Shown here: positions 10,250-20,156 of the stretch, piece after piece
Position numbering within the stretch: the stretch's first letter is position 1
How the letters are laid out: each line of letters starts with the position of its first letter
DNA from: Desulfatiglandales bacterium
GTDB lineage: Bacteria; Desulfobacterota; DSM-4660; Desulfatiglandales; HGW-15
Reading direction: 5' to 3'
Length of the DNA: 64,000 bases
Assembly: GCA_963667015.2 (NCBI GenBank)
Contig: CAXXJJ010000004.1
Location: 2,272,001 to 2,336,000 of the forward strand
The notes under the pieces: model-generated
Database searches by the model: none
Told to the model about the DNA's origin: nothing
Seen by the model: the letters and a program-made list of their open reading frames with translations, nothing else
Translations under genes and position numbers: made by a program

Positions 10250-12082
10250 TCATTTGTTATTCAATTCATCTATTTCTTTACGTATCTTTGCAAGATCTCG
10301 CTCCAATTCGAGTAAACGCAGTTGGATTTCCATTGCTGTAATTTCCAGTTCCTGACTGGAAGGGTCTTGTTTTATATCTTTAATTTCCTTGTGTAGGCTT
10401 TCTATACTCTTCGTAAGTTCAAGAAAATTTTTTTCTTGCTCCAGGTTCTTTATTGCTTTTTCTTGTTCTATTTCTACTAAAAGTTCATTCTGTTCTTTTA
10501 TAGCTTGAGTCAACTCTTTCTCTTTGTTGGTATAATTAATTTTCAGTTGAAGGATCTGGGTCGGGAGTTCCAACAGTGTCTTAGAGAGGTTCAGTGGAAT
10601 TTTAATGAATTCAAGAGCAGCACTGGGATATTCCGTCTGATACTCAACTAACACACCAGAATTCAATGTGATTGTGTGTGTCGTTTTCCCGAGTGGGGAC
10701 TTTTTTATTGGAACTTTTACAATTACGTTCTCGTCCGGCACAAGAAGGATAGACTCCCGCTTGGCGATCTCATATCCGTCGATTTTGGGGTTCTCTCGCC
10801 ATTCTTCATTCTTTTTTAAATAAGTCTCCTTTTCCTGCTTCTCTTTTTTTTTCTCTCTTTTAGCATCATATAGCGTAGTTAAAGATTTCTTAATGGTTTT
10901 AATAGAAGTCTCTAGACTATTCTTTTCCTCCTTTGATGTTTCCAGTTTTCTTGAAAGAAACTCAATTTCCACCGCATAGGTTTGATATGGAGGGGTACCT
11001 TGTGTTTCAGCAGCTTGTAATTCTTTTAACTTTTTCTCTTTTTTCTTAAATTCTTTGATTTTGTTTTCAATTTTTATCAACTCGTTTTCTTTTATCTTTT
11101 GCTCATTCCCCTTATCATTAATCTGCTCAGAAACCGATTTTAATTCTTTTTCAATTGATTTAATGGAATCTTTTGTTTCTGTAATACGCTTCTGATACAG
11201 GGCTGTAAGTTTCATAGACACGTTGATTGTTATCTTGATAGGGGTAAATACACGGGTATAGATTCCATTAAACAAAGTCTGGTCTTGGCCTTGTCTACCA
11301 TTGTCAGACTCCAAAAGGCCACCAGCATTTTTAGGTTTATTATCAGTGGTATTTTCATCTACATCTACAACGATATCTTCACCCTCAGGTCGATCGCCAG
11401 GTAGATCGGGTGATATAATTGAACCGAGAACGGCATTGGATCTGACAGTCAAAAAAAGCAATTCTTCAGTCCCGAGGATCTGGAGCGTTTCTTGCGATTC
11501 CTTGGGCAAGGTATATGAATGTAATCCTGGGGTGATAGATTCATAGGCTGCGATAATTTCTTTTTGAGTGGGCAATTCACCTTTCTCGTATTGCTTTCCT
11601 TCGGGAATACCACCAATCGCATTGAATGAAAATACATTGGTGGCTGTCGAAATCAGACTGGCAATAAATTCATTGGTTTTACTTTCGTCTTCAGTGGTGA
11701 TCAATGAAAGCATTCCATCCGTCAGTTTAATTTTATGTTTTTTTTGAAAAAAAGCATTTTTCACAGAGTCCAAAACGTAAAGCTGTTTGGGATCCGGAAC
11801 CAGTTTTGCGGAGGTATTTACTATAAGCTCTTGGTGTTTTCCATCATCATTTCGTTTGCTTTCAAATGATATTTCTAACAATGATGTTGGCAGAAAATAT
11901 GGGATGCCAATGGTAGAAGACTTCTTTCCATCCTTGTTATGCTCAAGGGCTGAAAGCACTGGGCGGTGTGTTGAGATTGATCTACAACTATTAAAGAACA
12001 AAACTGCAAATATATAGATAATAACAAAAATTAGACTTAACTTGCATTCGTTGATGTAAACTTTTGGTTTTTTCCTCATCAC
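10250..12082 (-). CDS. Putative lipoprotein, DUF4831-like domain with long coiled coils
   Basis: Signal ending FFNS-C; GIPYFLP and VPDP..Y.L motifs; two K/E-rich heptad regions. Confidence 0.6.
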   Translation of the reverse strand: MMRKKPKVYINECKLSLIFVIIYIFAVLFFNSCRSISTHRPVLSALEHNKDGKKSSTIGIPYFLPTSLLEISFESKRNDDGKHQELIVNTSAKLVPDPKQLYVLDSVKNAFFQKKHKIKLTDGMLSLITTEDESKTNEFIASLISTATNVFSFNAIGGIPEGKQYEKGELPTQKEIIAAYESITPGLHSYTLPKESQETLQILGTEELLFLTVRSNAVLGSIISPDLPGDRPEGEDIVVDVDENTTDNKPKNAGGLLESDNGRQGQDQTLFNGIYTRVFTPIKITINVSMKLTALYQKRITETKDSIKSIEKELKSVSEQINDKGNEQKIKENELIKIENKIKEFKKKEKKLKELQAAETQGTPPYQTYAVEIEFLSRKLETSKEEKNSLETSIKTIKKSLTTLYDAKREKKKEKQEKETYLKKNEEWRENPKIDGYEIAKRESILLVPDENVIVKVPIKKSPLGKTTHTITLNSGVLVEYQTEYPSAALEFIKIPLNLSKTLLELPTQILQLKINYTNKEKELTQAIKEQNELLVEIEQEKAIKNLEQEKNFLELTKSIESLHKEIKDIKQDPSSQELEITAMEIQLRLLELERDLAKIRKEIDELNNK

Positions 12083-12431
12083 ACCCTCCTTTTGTGGTTT
12101 ATCGGAGTCTATTATCGGACAATTTACTAATCGAATTCAGGTTTACAATATCGATTACTTATTTCCTTTGATATTTTCTATGTTTTGTGACTTTACACTG
12201 CCCTTTCATAGTAATCTTCTTCTGGCTTATTCACTTTACATAAATAATTTTATCATTCTGAAAAACCAATTTCATATCGACCTCTTGCCATATTCTTTAA
12301 AATGGCTAAAGTTGAAGTTTCGATTATGTATAAAAAGGTCATTGCTGTTTTTTGAGTTATTTCTTAAGGACATTCTTTTCTCTGTATTTTAGTTATTTAG
12401 CGTAGCGCGCTTCGTCAGCCGATCTCAGAAT

Positions 12432-12980
12432 TTAGCATTTAGGGGCTCCGCGAAGTGAAATGAGTAATTCACCTGCTGGAGTGGGTTTCATAGATTCGAC
12501 CATATTTTTATTGTCTAAAGAATCATCAAATTTTAACCAGCCGCCTTTATACTTTGGTTCGATAAGACCTCCGTCCAAGAGGACATACATCCATCTCCGA
12601 AAATTCTCATCATTATGATAAATATATTCAGGCATACTACTGAGACTGTGGAGAATCTTATATGCCTGATCACATAATGAGTAAATTACCAGCATATTGA
12701 CTATTTTCTGCTGATTTAAAATATCATCCCCCTGATTCTTAACTGTATTCTCTAACAACTCGAACTTTAAACCTAAAATTTCTCCAGATTTAATGTGTTG
12801 ACGAAGAAATGGAATTATCCAGGGCGAAATTGTAATTATAACCAGAACAACTCCGACTGTATCTACCTGTAATTCAGGAACGAATAAATGAAGAATGGCA
12901 AGAATTCCAGAAAATGTGGTGATAAGTATCTTGGCTAGTAACTCTGCTGTACTAGCCTTTTGAATATTGGTGTCACACAT
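12432..12980 (-). CDS. Hypothetical protein with 2 N-terminal TM helices and a possible winged-helix C-terminus
   Basis: 182-aa ORF with AGGAGA RBS; two hydrophobic stretches followed by a soluble domain. Confidence 0.6.
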   Translation of the reverse strand: MCDTNIQKASTAELLAKILITTFSGILAILHLFVPELQVDTVGVVLVIITISPWIIPFLRQHIKSGEILGLKFELLENTVKNQGDDILNQQKIVNMLVIYSLCDQAYKILHSLSSMPEYIYHNDENFRRWMYVLLDGGLIEPKYKGGWLKFDDSLDNKNMVESMKPTPAGELLISLRGAPKC

Positions 12981-13076
12981 ATAGCTTTTCTCCTTTCACT
13001 CTGTTTTGTATGTTTGTCCAACAAATTATTTATGGAATCCAATATTACAAATCGAATATTATTAAGAAAAAAAACA

Positions 13077-14909
13077 TCAGATTGATGTTCTTGACATTGC
13101 CACCACGCCATTTTTAGGGATATTAATGGTAATAGCGCATTCTTTTGAGTTGGGATTATTGAGGTAGTTACCCACGCCTGTCCCTCCGAACTCCTGCCCA
13201 TCACTGTTAAACACCTGACACCACTCTCCGGTTTCGCCGTTGGTTGGAACCATGTAATTATACATATCATTACCGCTATAATTTCCTGCAACAATCAATA
13301 CATCAGCATTCCATTTTCTTTTAAAAGCAAACCAGCCGAATGAAGGATAGTGCAGCCACTCAAAATAAGTATTCTTCTGCATCAACGGGTTATAACTTTT
13401 CTTGATATTGACCAAAGACTTAAACATGTTCTTAAACTGTGGGCCGGGAGTAACCTTTTCCAGCTCCCAGTTTAAAATATTCTCAAATCTAGCATCATTG
13501 TAGGCGCCTTCCATTGCAAATTCATCGCCCATAAAAAGCATAGGGATGCCAGGGACAAAAAAACTCAGAGCATATATCATCCGCGCTTTTTTCTGCGACC
13601 AGTAATCCCCCCGCCATCCTCCAAACTCACATACAGGATAATATTTATGAGGGGCATTGTTCCCATCCCACCAGCATTCATCATGATTATTGGCATAAAT
13701 AATTCGATTATGCGGCTCCTGATAATTGCCACCATTTATTGCGTCGGCAATCTCAAAATCATTGCCTCCGGCAAAAGGCCACAGGGCATCCTGTATTCTT
13801 TTATGAAAATTGAACCATCCGGAATCAAAGTTTTCGTACCGGATCATCCAATCTTCATAATCTCCGGAACCCTCTCCCCAATGCTCGCAAATAAGTATTT
13901 TATTTTGGAAGCGCTGTTTCAAATTCCATAGAATGCTTCTAAGTACTTCCTTCCCGCTATTCTCGCCGGAAGCGATATTTTTGTTTACAATTTGAGAGGT
14001 AAAGTCAAATCTCAGGCCGTCAAAATGCAGTTCTTCAAAATAATAATTACAGCTATCCTCTATATATTTTTGAACTTCATACCTTGACCAGTCAGGGGCC
14101 ATTCCAAAGTCCCCTCCGCTTTGATTGCCGGCCTTTTCACCGCTGAAATAAATATTCTCTTCTGTTGAATCATAGTTCCATAGCGGACCTGAGTCACCGA
14201 CCTGCCCTATATGATTGTAAACAACATCTGCAATCACCGCTATATTTCTTGAATGTGCCTCATTGATAAATTCTTTTAATTCATCATAGGAAGTGCCGTC
14301 CCCTTTAGTGCTTCCATATGATGACTCTATTGCAAAATAACTGACAGGGGAATAGCCAATATAGTTATCTCCATTGTATTCGTTAACAGGGAGCAATTCT
14401 ATTGTGTTTACTCCCAGGGACTGAATGTAATCCAGCTTGTTTTTTAGCTGCCTGAAATCCCCTTTTCTTTTATTGCTCCATTCGAAGTGGTAATTATTCC
14501 CATTCGGATCTTTCCAGTCGCTGTCTCCCCTTCCCGCATAGCACCCCTGAAAAATCTGATATATGACCATTGAATCAAATGCCGGAGGGATATAGTTCGC
14601 ATCGATCCAGTTGAATTTGGCAGGATCTTTATAAATTGAATAGGAATTGCTATACTGCATCGCTCTTGCATAGGGATCTATCCTGAATCTTGTTTCTCCT
14701 GATCTGAATGTTATTTTAAACCAGTAGCCATCGCCGTCCTTTAGAGGAAACGCCATTCCTGCCGGAAGCTCCCAGTAGGTATTCATTGATGTATTTTTGT
14801 AATTAACCGATGCCGGAACCATTTCGATAGCAGGAACAAATGATGTGTTATCACCTCTTACGAGTTCAATCTTTAATGCGTTTGGCGACCAAACAGATAG
14901 TTTACTCAT
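13077..14909 (-). CDS. GH13 alpha-amylase family glycoside hydrolase (branching enzyme/trehalohydrolase-like)
   Basis: RIDPYA, LGVNTIELLPV, DVVYNH, DGLRFD, ICEH, NNHDE, PGIPMLFMG. Confidence 0.9.
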   Translation of the reverse strand: MSKLSVWSPNALKIELVRGDNTSFVPAIEMVPASVNYKNTSMNTYWELPAGMAFPLKDGDGYWFKITFRSGETRFRIDPYARAMQYSNSYSIYKDPAKFNWIDANYIPPAFDSMVIYQIFQGCYAGRGDSDWKDPNGNNYHFEWSNKRKGDFRQLKNKLDYIQSLGVNTIELLPVNEYNGDNYIGYSPVSYFAIESSYGSTKGDGTSYDELKEFINEAHSRNIAVIADVVYNHIGQVGDSGPLWNYDSTEENIYFSGEKAGNQSGGDFGMAPDWSRYEVQKYIEDSCNYYFEELHFDGLRFDFTSQIVNKNIASGENSGKEVLRSILWNLKQRFQNKILICEHWGEGSGDYEDWMIRYENFDSGWFNFHKRIQDALWPFAGGNDFEIADAINGGNYQEPHNRIIYANNHDECWWDGNNAPHKYYPVCEFGGWRGDYWSQKKARMIYALSFFVPGIPMLFMGDEFAMEGAYNDARFENILNWELEKVTPGPQFKNMFKSLVNIKKSYNPLMQKNTYFEWLHYPSFGWFAFKRKWNADVLIVAGNYSGNDMYNYMVPTNGETGEWCQVFNSDGQEFGGTGVGNYLNNPNSKECAITINIPKNGVVAMSRTSI

Positions 14910-15332
14910 AATGCTCCTCCTTTTTTTATGATACCCAACTTTGCTGTTTAAGCCTGCAGGGTTTGGATATCACAGCGCTATTCAAGGTAATTTGAATTGC
15001 GCCTGCCAATAATGTTGGGGTAAATCACCATATTCACAACCTGAACAGCCATCAGAAAAACAGCTTAATGGCATACAGGCTGATCATAAAACAAGATACA
15101 CAGATGAATAAATAAAACATTAGTGATTCAATCCTTAAAAACCACGCAGAATTATGAGTTCAACTGAGTTCAATTTATGTTAAATATTGGATGAAATGGG
15201 AATTGAAATTGTTTTTTCGAGATAATACTTTAGAAAAATAGATACTTTGTGTCAATGCAAAATTATATGGCTATAAAAGATAAATATCTTAAACTGCCTT
15301 GATATTAATTATTTCTATGCGGTTTTAAATTA

Positions 15333-16449
15333 TTAACCCGGCAACAAAATACTTAACAAATGGATCGTATTTTGTTATAACACGATCATGGAAAAAATAG
15401 ACGCAAGGAAACTCAGCACTGATGCCCAACAACAAATTCGTAATCAAGTCATTCGACTCCGAAAACAGGGACGAACGCATAATGAGATCAGTGCCATTAC
15501 AGGAGTGAGCCGATCCATTTGCAGTACATGGTGGGCTCTTTATCAAAAAGAAGGTAATAAAGCCCTTAAAATTAAAAAGCGTGGCCGTCCAAAGGGCAGT
15601 TGCCGCACGTTGACACCTGATCAGGAAAAAGAATTGCAAAAAGCTATACAAGACAAATGCCCTGACCAAATGAAATTACCATTTGCTTTGTGGACACGCA
15701 TTGCCGTACAGCAACTCATCAAACAATTGTGGAATATAGATATGCCGATCAGAACTGTTGGCGAGTATCTGAACAGATGGAATTTTACTCCACAAAAACC
15801 ACTGAAGAAAGCCTATAAACAAAATCCAAAAGCAGTCAAAGCTTGGTTGGAGACAGAATACTCGGATATTTCCAAACGTGCAAAAAAAGAGACCGCGGAA
15901 ATTCATTGGGGGGATGAGACTGGATTGTGTAACGACAGTTACCATGGAAGAAGTTACGCTCCTCGTGGTGAAACACCGGCGATTAGGCTTCATCCCAGGT
16001 GCCAGCGCGTCAACCTGATTTCCTCTGTCACCAATCAAGGTAAAGTTCGTTTTATGGTTTATAAAAACAAGATGAATTCCCAAACGATGATCAAATTCAT
16101 GGAACGATTGATCAAAGATGCTGATAAAAAAATCTTTTTGATTGTAGATAATTTGAAAGTCCATCATAGCTATATTGTCAAAGACTGGCTGAAAGAACAT
16201 GAAGACAAAATTGAGTTGTTCTTTCTTCCATCATATTCACCGGAATTAAATCCTGATGAATACCTAAACTGCGACCTAAAGGTCGGTGTACATTCTGGTA
16301 TTCCAGCCAGAACAAAAAAAGAACTCAAGCAAAAAGCTATTTCTCATTTGAGAAAGCTTCAAAAACTACCTGGACGTGTTAAAAAATATTTTAAACACCC
16401 TAAGATTGCTTATGCTGCTTGATAGTCTCCTATTTAATTGCCGGGTTAA
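15333..16449 (+). mobile_element. IS630-family insertion sequence, intact
   Basis: Terminal IRs TTAACCCGGCAA (15333) and TTGCCGGGTTAA (to 16449); flanking TA at 15331-15332 and 16450-16451. Confidence 0.95.
15388..16422 (+). CDS. IS630 DDE transposase
   Basis: HTH N-terminus, WGDE, VDNLKVH, LPSYSPELNPDE. Confidence 0.95.
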   Translation: MEKIDARKLSTDAQQQIRNQVIRLRKQGRTHNEISAITGVSRSICSTWWALYQKEGNKALKIKKRGRPKGSCRTLTPDQEKELQKAIQDKCPDQMKLPFALWTRIAVQQLIKQLWNIDMPIRTVGEYLNRWNFTPQKPLKKAYKQNPKAVKAWLETEYSDISKRAKKETAEIHWGDETGLCNDSYHGRSYAPRGETPAIRLHPRCQRVNLISSVTNQGKVRFMVYKNKMNSQTMIKFMERLIKDADKKIFLIVDNLKVHHSYIVKDWLKEHEDKIELFFLPSYSPELNPDEYLNCDLKVGVHSGIPARTKKELKQKAISHLRKLQKLPGRVKKYFKHPKIAYAA

Positions 16450-16469
16450 TATTAAACAGCATCCCATCT

Positions 16470-16522
16470 TAAGCGGCTTGCGAGTTTTTCCGCAAGTCTG
16501 CTTGATGCAAATGATGTTAAGC
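16470..16522 (-). other. Truncated integron attC-like site
   Basis: GCTTAAC (R'') overlaps the stop codon, then TGCATCAAGCAGACTTGCG-loop-CGCAAGCCGCTTA hairpin with extrahelical bases; R' end missing. Confidence 0.6.
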
Positions 16523-17878
16523 TTTTTTGTATGCTGTTTGGAATACAGTTTTCCCAGGAATAACTTCTAGCATTCCCGCTTCTACCATACGCTTTAAAAT
16601 ATGTTTCATTGCATTTTCAGACCCTACATTACATATTTCTCTTGCTTCACGATTGGTTATTTCCTCATGGGATTCTAGAAATAACATGATGAGCTCTTGT
16701 GGAGTTCCAAGGGATTCATGTTTAAGTGTTACTAAAACATTGCCACCTTTTTGCTCTATGATTGGGTCACGCAACCTCATGTCTCTCATTGACTTAAATG
16801 CAGTATTTAACCCTTCTCCGACATCTTTGTTTGGAGGGTTTGGAAATTTATTAATAAGGCGAACAATGACACCGTTCCTAGAAAAACGTTCATCAAGAAT
16901 ATTTTCTGTTGTTATATGAGCTGGTAATGTCCCGGGACTTTGGATCTCTACTCGATTGTCAAAGACCCTAATATGAATATCGTCTGTAATGCTATAATCA
17001 CGATGAATTACAGCATTTGTAACGATTTCATGTAGCGCTTCATGCGGGTATGATGCGGCCCTTAAACCTTCTGGTGTCATTATTCTTGTAGACTCAATCA
17101 GTGCTTTGGTTTCCTCAACTGATACATGGATAACGTCATAAAGACAACCTTCAATAGTAAAAGGATCAGCGACCAACTCCTCCCTGCTGCCTTCCTCGTC
17201 TTTTGTGGTATATTGGTATAATTTTAGGCCACAGTGTTTTGGGAGGATTGCTTGAGGTTCCTCTGCAAAAAGCAACACTCCAGCAACAGTAGGATGATCA
17301 TTTATAATAAGTCGTTGTTTGGTTAACCATGGTTCTGGTTCTGAGGTAGGCACAACCTCCAACATGAACTCAATTATTTTAGATGAATTTTCTATTACTT
17401 CTTTTTCAATATTTATAGTATCGGTTTCAAAGGATGCTATCCCTTTATTAATTTTAAGTCGGTGAATTGCTTCTTCATCAGTTACAGGTAAATTTTGAGC
17501 CCCTCTACGAAGATAAATTTTACCGTTTGATGCTTGCTTTACAGACCTGCTTTTATGAATTTCGATTTTCAGAACCAACCCAGGCTGACTAACATTAGAT
17601 AAAAATGAAAATAGATAGCCGTCTCCTAAAGGAAAAAACTCCTCGAATGTTTGAATATGAGCATTGGCTGCTTCAACATTTTCAAAACCCCGCCACACTC
17701 TAGGTTCGTCTTCAATTCCAATAAATAACTCACCACCCTCAGCATTTGAGAAAGCACTTATTGTTTTTGTTAGTTTCGCGGGGTTAATATCAGTCGATTT
17801 CAAATCATTGAAATGATTTTCTTCTAGAGCAATAATTTTTGCTACATCTTCATCTGAAATATTTATAGTATCAATCAT
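16517..17878 (-). CDS. AlbA_2 (Schlafen-like) + HATPase_c_4 + HTH protein
   Basis: ENHFNDLKS, ISAFSNAEGGELFIGIED, ALHEIVTNAVIHRDY, SPGTLP, C-terminal ITNREAREI. Confidence 0.85.
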   Translation of the reverse strand: MIDTINISDEDVAKIIALEENHFNDLKSTDINPAKLTKTISAFSNAEGGELFIGIEDEPRVWRGFENVEAANAHIQTFEEFFPLGDGYLFSFLSNVSQPGLVLKIEIHKSRSVKQASNGKIYLRRGAQNLPVTDEEAIHRLKINKGIASFETDTINIEKEVIENSSKIIEFMLEVVPTSEPEPWLTKQRLIINDHPTVAGVLLFAEEPQAILPKHCGLKLYQYTTKDEEGSREELVADPFTIEGCLYDVIHVSVEETKALIESTRIMTPEGLRAASYPHEALHEIVTNAVIHRDYSITDDIHIRVFDNRVEIQSPGTLPAHITTENILDERFSRNGVIVRLINKFPNPPNKDVGEGLNTAFKSMRDMRLRDPIIEQKGGNVLVTLKHESLGTPQELIMLFLESHEEITNREAREICNVGSENAMKHILKRMVEAGMLEVIPGKTVFQTAYKKA

Positions 17879-18062
17879 TTTCTTAGATGTCCTTTATTAG
17901 CTCAACAAGTCATTCAGCGGGCCTGTATATCTTTTCAAATTGGATGTTATACAGAAAAATTATCACATGGTTGATGTTTTGACTAGTTAATCATAGTCTT
18001 CAATTCTTAAAAATTGAGAGTAGGAATATAAATAAAAAGATCAATGTTATGTATAAAGCTAT

Positions 18063-18863
18063 TTACTTTTTACTGACATCCAGACCGGCGCTTTTAAAAA
18101 TAGCATCATAAAAATCAGGTCTGGGAAAATCCGGCTGCAATCCTTTTTTAAGTCCGGTGTATCCCAATCCCTTCTTATCGAGCTGTTTTAGTGCGTCCGC
18201 ATAGTCATCAAGCTTGTTTAGCGGCAGGGAAAATATCACCTTGTCTTCTTCTACCATGGCCCTTTCGTATTCTCCGGGATCAGGGAATGTGACCCTGTAT
18301 TTACCATTAAGAAAAACAGGTACAACAGCATAGACACAGGAATCAAATGCCTCTATATCCGATTCGACACAGTAATCCGGCCGGAACTTAAGGGCCATAA
18401 GCATGCTCCTAAGCTGGGCGTTATTTGAGTATATCAGAATAACATCAGGTATAAACCCGGCTGTTGTTAGCGGGGCTGAAACAACCCCGATATACTTATT
18501 GGTGGGAAGTGAGGGAAGCGCATCGGCCAGTTCTTTGGTCCACTTAAGGATGCCCTTTACATCGGGTTCTATATCATCTCTTTCAAAATCAATGGCGCTT
18601 GAATCCACCAGCCCATAGGCAATAAGCGGGGCCCAGCACCACTGATCGTCCTTGAGCACTGCCACTGTCTCACCTTCACGCCTGGACATGGCAAAGGCCT
18701 GGCACTGCGCAAAGTGCCCGCCTTTATCTTTTCGGGGACGAACTGCATCCGCAGGAATCTCATCCTCACTCTTTATGAATTTGACACCGATGGGAGGTGT
18801 CTTGAGCCTTAAAAGCTGTTCTATTTCTCTGGCGTATTTATTTATTTTTTTTAATTCTGTCAT
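18063..18863 (-). CDS. DUF169 family protein
   Basis: LRLKTPPIGVKF, CQAFAMSRREG, PDVILIYSNNAQL. Confidence 0.8.
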   Translation of the reverse strand: MTELKKINKYAREIEQLLRLKTPPIGVKFIKSEDEIPADAVRPRKDKGGHFAQCQAFAMSRREGETVAVLKDDQWCWAPLIAYGLVDSSAIDFERDDIEPDVKGILKWTKELADALPSLPTNKYIGVVSAPLTTAGFIPDVILIYSNNAQLRSMLMALKFRPDYCVESDIEAFDSCVYAVVPVFLNGKYRVTFPDPGEYERAMVEEDKVIFSLPLNKLDDYADALKQLDKKGLGYTGLKKGLQPDFPRPDFYDAIFKSAGLDVSKK

Positions 18864-18887
18864 TCCTTGCTACTCCTTATATATTTA

Positions 18888-20156
18888 CTATTCCTTTGCC
18901 TTTATCCATTTTATAACCTCCCGCAGGCCTGGTTTTGTACCTGTTCGAAGTATCCCTACCCTGTATACCTTGCCTGCTATGGGAAAAATAAGAATCAGCG
19001 TTACAATATTAATGACACACGATATGAGGGGATAAATAAAAGACATATCAACAAGCGTAAATCTACAGGGCATTACGATAATTGTAGCAAATGGAACATA
19101 AGAGGCTATAGTTGCAATTATATTATCCGGGTTGTTTATCATGCTGAAGCAAAGAAAAAAGGGAATTATTATAAGAAGCATCAATGGAAACACCCCCTGC
19201 TGGGCTTCCTGGGGAGCATTAAACATTGACCCGACCATTGCGAATAATCCCTGGTATATAAGTAACCCCAGAAAAAAATTGCACAAAAAATAAATAAAAT
19301 GCCCATAGTTGATATCGAATTTTAAATCGGCAGGCATAAAACTCCAGGTCGTTGACATTAAAACAATCATTGGTAAAAGCCATATCAGCATCTGGACAAG
19401 TGAAGTGATTGAACTCCCGAACACCTTCCCTGTCATCAGTTCTTTACTGCTTACACTGGAGAGGAGGACCTCAATAACCTTACTGCTTTTCTCTTCAATA
19501 ACAGCAGTCATGGTCATCGAACCGCTCATTATAAGGCTCATGTAAAGCAGAACAGCAAAAACAAATGCAAGAACAATATTGCCGTTGGCCTGTTTTTCTA
19601 TTTTTTCTTCTTTTGAGACTTTAAAATTGTTGAATTCAACAGATTTCCTGGCAAAGGTCAGCTCTTCGTCTGTCAGGGCCTTTCCCGAAAAATAGCGATC
19701 AATTAATATTTTATTAATCGGCCCGTTCATTCTCGCGGAAATAGTCAGCTTATTCGGGGTTTTGGCATAGTACTCAACACCTTTATCTTCCAGTGCCTTT
19801 TCAGGAATAAAAATAATACCTGTAAGTCCTTTTGAAAGGAGTTCCCCTTTTTTACTGTCAATGTAAGCTTTGATATCCTTGCGTGTCACAGTATTAAATG
19901 AAATTGACCACGACCCGTCCTCAACAAAAGGCAGAGTTTTAAAACTTTTGCTGCATTCCTCTGTTAAGTCTTTGGTTTCGCTAACGACCTCAATCTTTGT
20001 ACCTTTATCGCCCTGGAAACTCACCATTAACATCTGAAAACCAATGAAGACAAACATTATAACAGGCATTAGCAGGGTCATAAAAATAAATGCCTTTGAC
20101 ATGAGTTTCTCATGCAACTCCCTTTTGATGACCGCGATTATTCTATAATTTAACAA
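18888..20156 (-). CDS. ABC-2 type (NatB-like) permease
   Basis: EEKSSKVIEVLLSSV..GK motif, multiple TMs; likely TTG start at 20156 after AGGAGG. Confidence 0.85.
   Translation of the reverse strand: MLNYRIIAVIKRELHEKLMSKAFIFMTLLMPVIMFVFIGFQMLMVSFQGDKGTKIEVVSETKDLTEECSKSFKTLPFVEDGSWSISFNTVTRKDIKAYIDSKKGELLSKGLTGIIFIPEKALEDKGVEYYAKTPNKLTISARMNGPINKILIDRYFSGKALTDEELTFARKSVEFNNFKVSKEEKIEKQANGNIVLAFVFAVLLYMSLIMSGSMTMTAVIEEKSSKVIEVLLSSVSSKELMTGKVFGSSITSLVQMLIWLLPMIVLMSTTWSFMPADLKFDINYGHFIYFLCNFFLGLLIYQGLFAMVGSMFNAPQEAQQGVFPLMLLIIIPFFLCFSMINNPDNIIATIASYVPFATIIVMPCRFTLVDMSFIYPLISCVINIVTLILIFPIAGKVYRVGILRTGTKPGLREVIKWIKAKE

Noticed and set aside
12935..13294. 119-aa ORF overlapping GH13 and the 182-aa gene
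   Set aside because: Alternate frame of real genes; no motifs
14910..15330. Possible small ORFs upstream of GH13
   Set aside because: Only short, stop-interrupted frames without RBS support
15325..16200. Minus-strand ORFs of 114 and 174 aa
   Set aside because: Antisense shadows of the IS630 transposase
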